A stretch of 63,309 nt of DNA, filler included, from Sphacelaria rigidula (Eukaryota), in assembly GCA_964200075.2 (NCBI GenBank). It is 7 parts of 7 records of this genome, joined end to end, with 100 filler letters (N's around TTAATTAATTAA, not from the genome) between each part and the next. Parts side by side here need not be neighbours in the genome. Positions count along the whole stretch, not along the records: positions 54,352 to 63,309 come from CAXNAA020009656.1; 6 more parts are not named here. One strand, given 5' to 3'. Below are positions 61,711-63,309 of this stretch, piece by piece. The position numbers and the translations under genes are program-made. A model generated the notes under the pieces. The model searched no databases and was not told the DNA's origin. It was given only the letters and a program-made list of their open reading frames with translations. Each line of letters opens with the position of its first letter. Positions within the stretch are counted from its first letter, which is position 1.

Positions 61711-63010
61711 CATGGCCGAGCGTTCGAAATTGGCGCTCGGCAAGAATTGAGGATCCGTCTGGAATGAGGGAAAGAACTATGACATGGGATATTTACTATT
61801 TCACCATGCTGCAGCTCAAACATACTCACGCTCTCTTTCATGTGCTGTAGCTATCACTGTGGTGTGGTGTGGTCGGCTGGGTGTGGTGTAGTTGGCCCTT
61901 CACGAAGACGATTTGGTGTCCGCTGGGATTTCGTGAGTTGTCACTGCCGTGGTTCTTACACAAAATGGGGACAAACATGTGTTTCGGTACGCACTGCTAT
62001 CTACACACTACTGTCTGTTGTGTGTTGGCTGTTTCGTCTGCCATGAAACGAACAAAGCGCTTCACACACCCATCATTTCTATGCTGTAGTTGTCGCTGTG
62101 TTGTTGTGCATTTGAACACTCTACGACGAGCATGGTGTGATATGCCCTGGAGCGTGCCTGAACAGTTGTAGTGCTGCATGCGGTGTTCCGGTAAGCACAG
62201 AAATGGGGTGAGATCAAAGTGCTGTACACTAGCGACTGTCTGTACACAAAGGTGAAACGATGAAACGATCACGTGCTGCGTGACGACTGTACTGTTGTGC
62301 AGCTGTCTGTTGCGTCCCCGTCCGTACTTCAGCTACAGTCGGGTGCTGGGATCGGAGAAAACACGCAAGGCGGACGCGTGCACGTTGGGGCGAACAAACT
62401 GAGCCAGAACGGAGCTGCTCTATCCCAAGCGTTTGATGACAGGAGCTGTCTGCCTTGATGTCCCATGTAATAGCTCTTCCCCCCATTTCAGACGGGTCCT
62501 CATTTTTTGACGAGGGCCGATTTTTGAACGCTTGACCACGATCGCGCTTCGTAAAAAGCGCAATTATGGCCGAGCGTTTGTAAACCGCCATTCGGCCAAC
62601 ATCGAGCTCATCCGAAATCAGGGGAAGTACCATCGCATGGGACATATCCTACATCACTGTGCTGCAGCACAAATACACTCATGCGCTGTCTCTTGTGCTG
62701 TAGCTGTCGCTGCGCTGTGGTGTCTCCAGACCTTTTCGAAGACGGTTTAGTCGTTCGTCTCCTCGAAAAATCATGCTGTCAACACGTAGTGCCCTCTAGA
62801 CACCGTTCCTGTTGAAACCTTCATGGTGTGTTGGCTATTTCGTCTCGAGTCTAACGAACAAGGCGCTTCCCAAACCCACCATTTATATGCCGTAGTTGTA
62901 GCTGTGCTGTTGTGCATCTATCTAAACACTCTACGACGATCACGGTGCGATGGGTGCTGGAGAATGCCTGAACAGTTGTGGTGCATGCGGTGTTTCGGTA
63001 TGTACAGCGT
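61711..63010. repeat. Diverged direct duplication (about 450-500-bp blocks, about 800-850 bp apart)
   Basis: atggccgagcgtt, catggga, tgctgcagc, gtgtgttggct.tttcgtct and tgcctgaacagttgt are collinear in 61711-62200 and 62565-63010. Confidence 0.8.
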
Positions 63011-63243
63011 TTGGGTGGCACCAACTTATTGATCGCCTTTTGGAGGAATGATACTTGGTTTGGGACTGAACACGGTCAATACACTTTACAATACGACCTA
63101 CTGTTACCTAGGTATTACCTGGATGCTCCGCAAATATGGAGAAAATACTACAGGAGAAACCCTCACGACTTTACACCCACCCGCACTCAAAGTGCGGACA
63201 AAGTGAGAATCAGTTGTATATCTGCGCTGGACAGGAACCGGTC

Positions 63244-63309
63244 GCCCCGGTGGCTCAGTTGGTAACCTCGTAACCTTCTGATGGTTGAGTTGTGGTGTTC
63301 GATTCCTGG
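63244..63309 (+). repeat. tRNA-derived head (SINE or tRNA pseudogene), cut by the window end
   Basis: A-box TGGCTCAGTTGG, B-box GTTCGATTC and anticodon-like hairpin AACC-TTCTGAT-GGTT; D and T stems do not pair. Confidence 0.55.

Noticed and set aside
63244-63309. Functional tRNA-Gln(CTG)
   Set aside because: D and T stems are disrupted and the sequence is truncated; kept only as a tRNA-derived repeat.

Overview
This is eukaryotic, intron-rich DNA, most consistent with a brown alga (Phaeophyceae). That assignment is inferred from long GT-AG introns, a stramenopile-style sterol cyclase exon and repeat-dense intergenic DNA. The window is not one locus. It is seven unrelated contigs of 8958-8959 bp (1-8959, 9060-18018, 18119-27077, 27178-36135, 36236-45193, 45294-54251, 54352-63309) joined by 100-bp N/TTAATTAATTAA spacers, so neighbourhood across spacers means nothing. 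Most six-frame ORFs are spurious; the real genes were rebuilt exon by exon from splice signals and frame continuity. They are an oxidosqualene cyclase exon, the first four exons of Vps39/Vam6 head-to-head with a likely GNAT acetyltransferase, a complete 3-exon gene for a 288-aa signal-peptide-bearing predicted beta-barrel, an exon of a cyanobacterial-type arsenate reductase ArsC, exons of a COG0523/CobW metallochaperone GTPase, a Gly-rich first coding exon and exon 1 of RRP7. The rest is mobile DNA: hAT-, P-, piggyBac- and Stowaway-like MITEs, long foldback palindromes, a decayed APE-type LINE lacking its RT, LINE-like 3' tails, tRNA-like heads and tandem repeats. The best leads are the beta-barrel gene, the intron-containing ArsC and a repeat family with a fixed G-run head. 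No database search was possible, so novelty is unproven.
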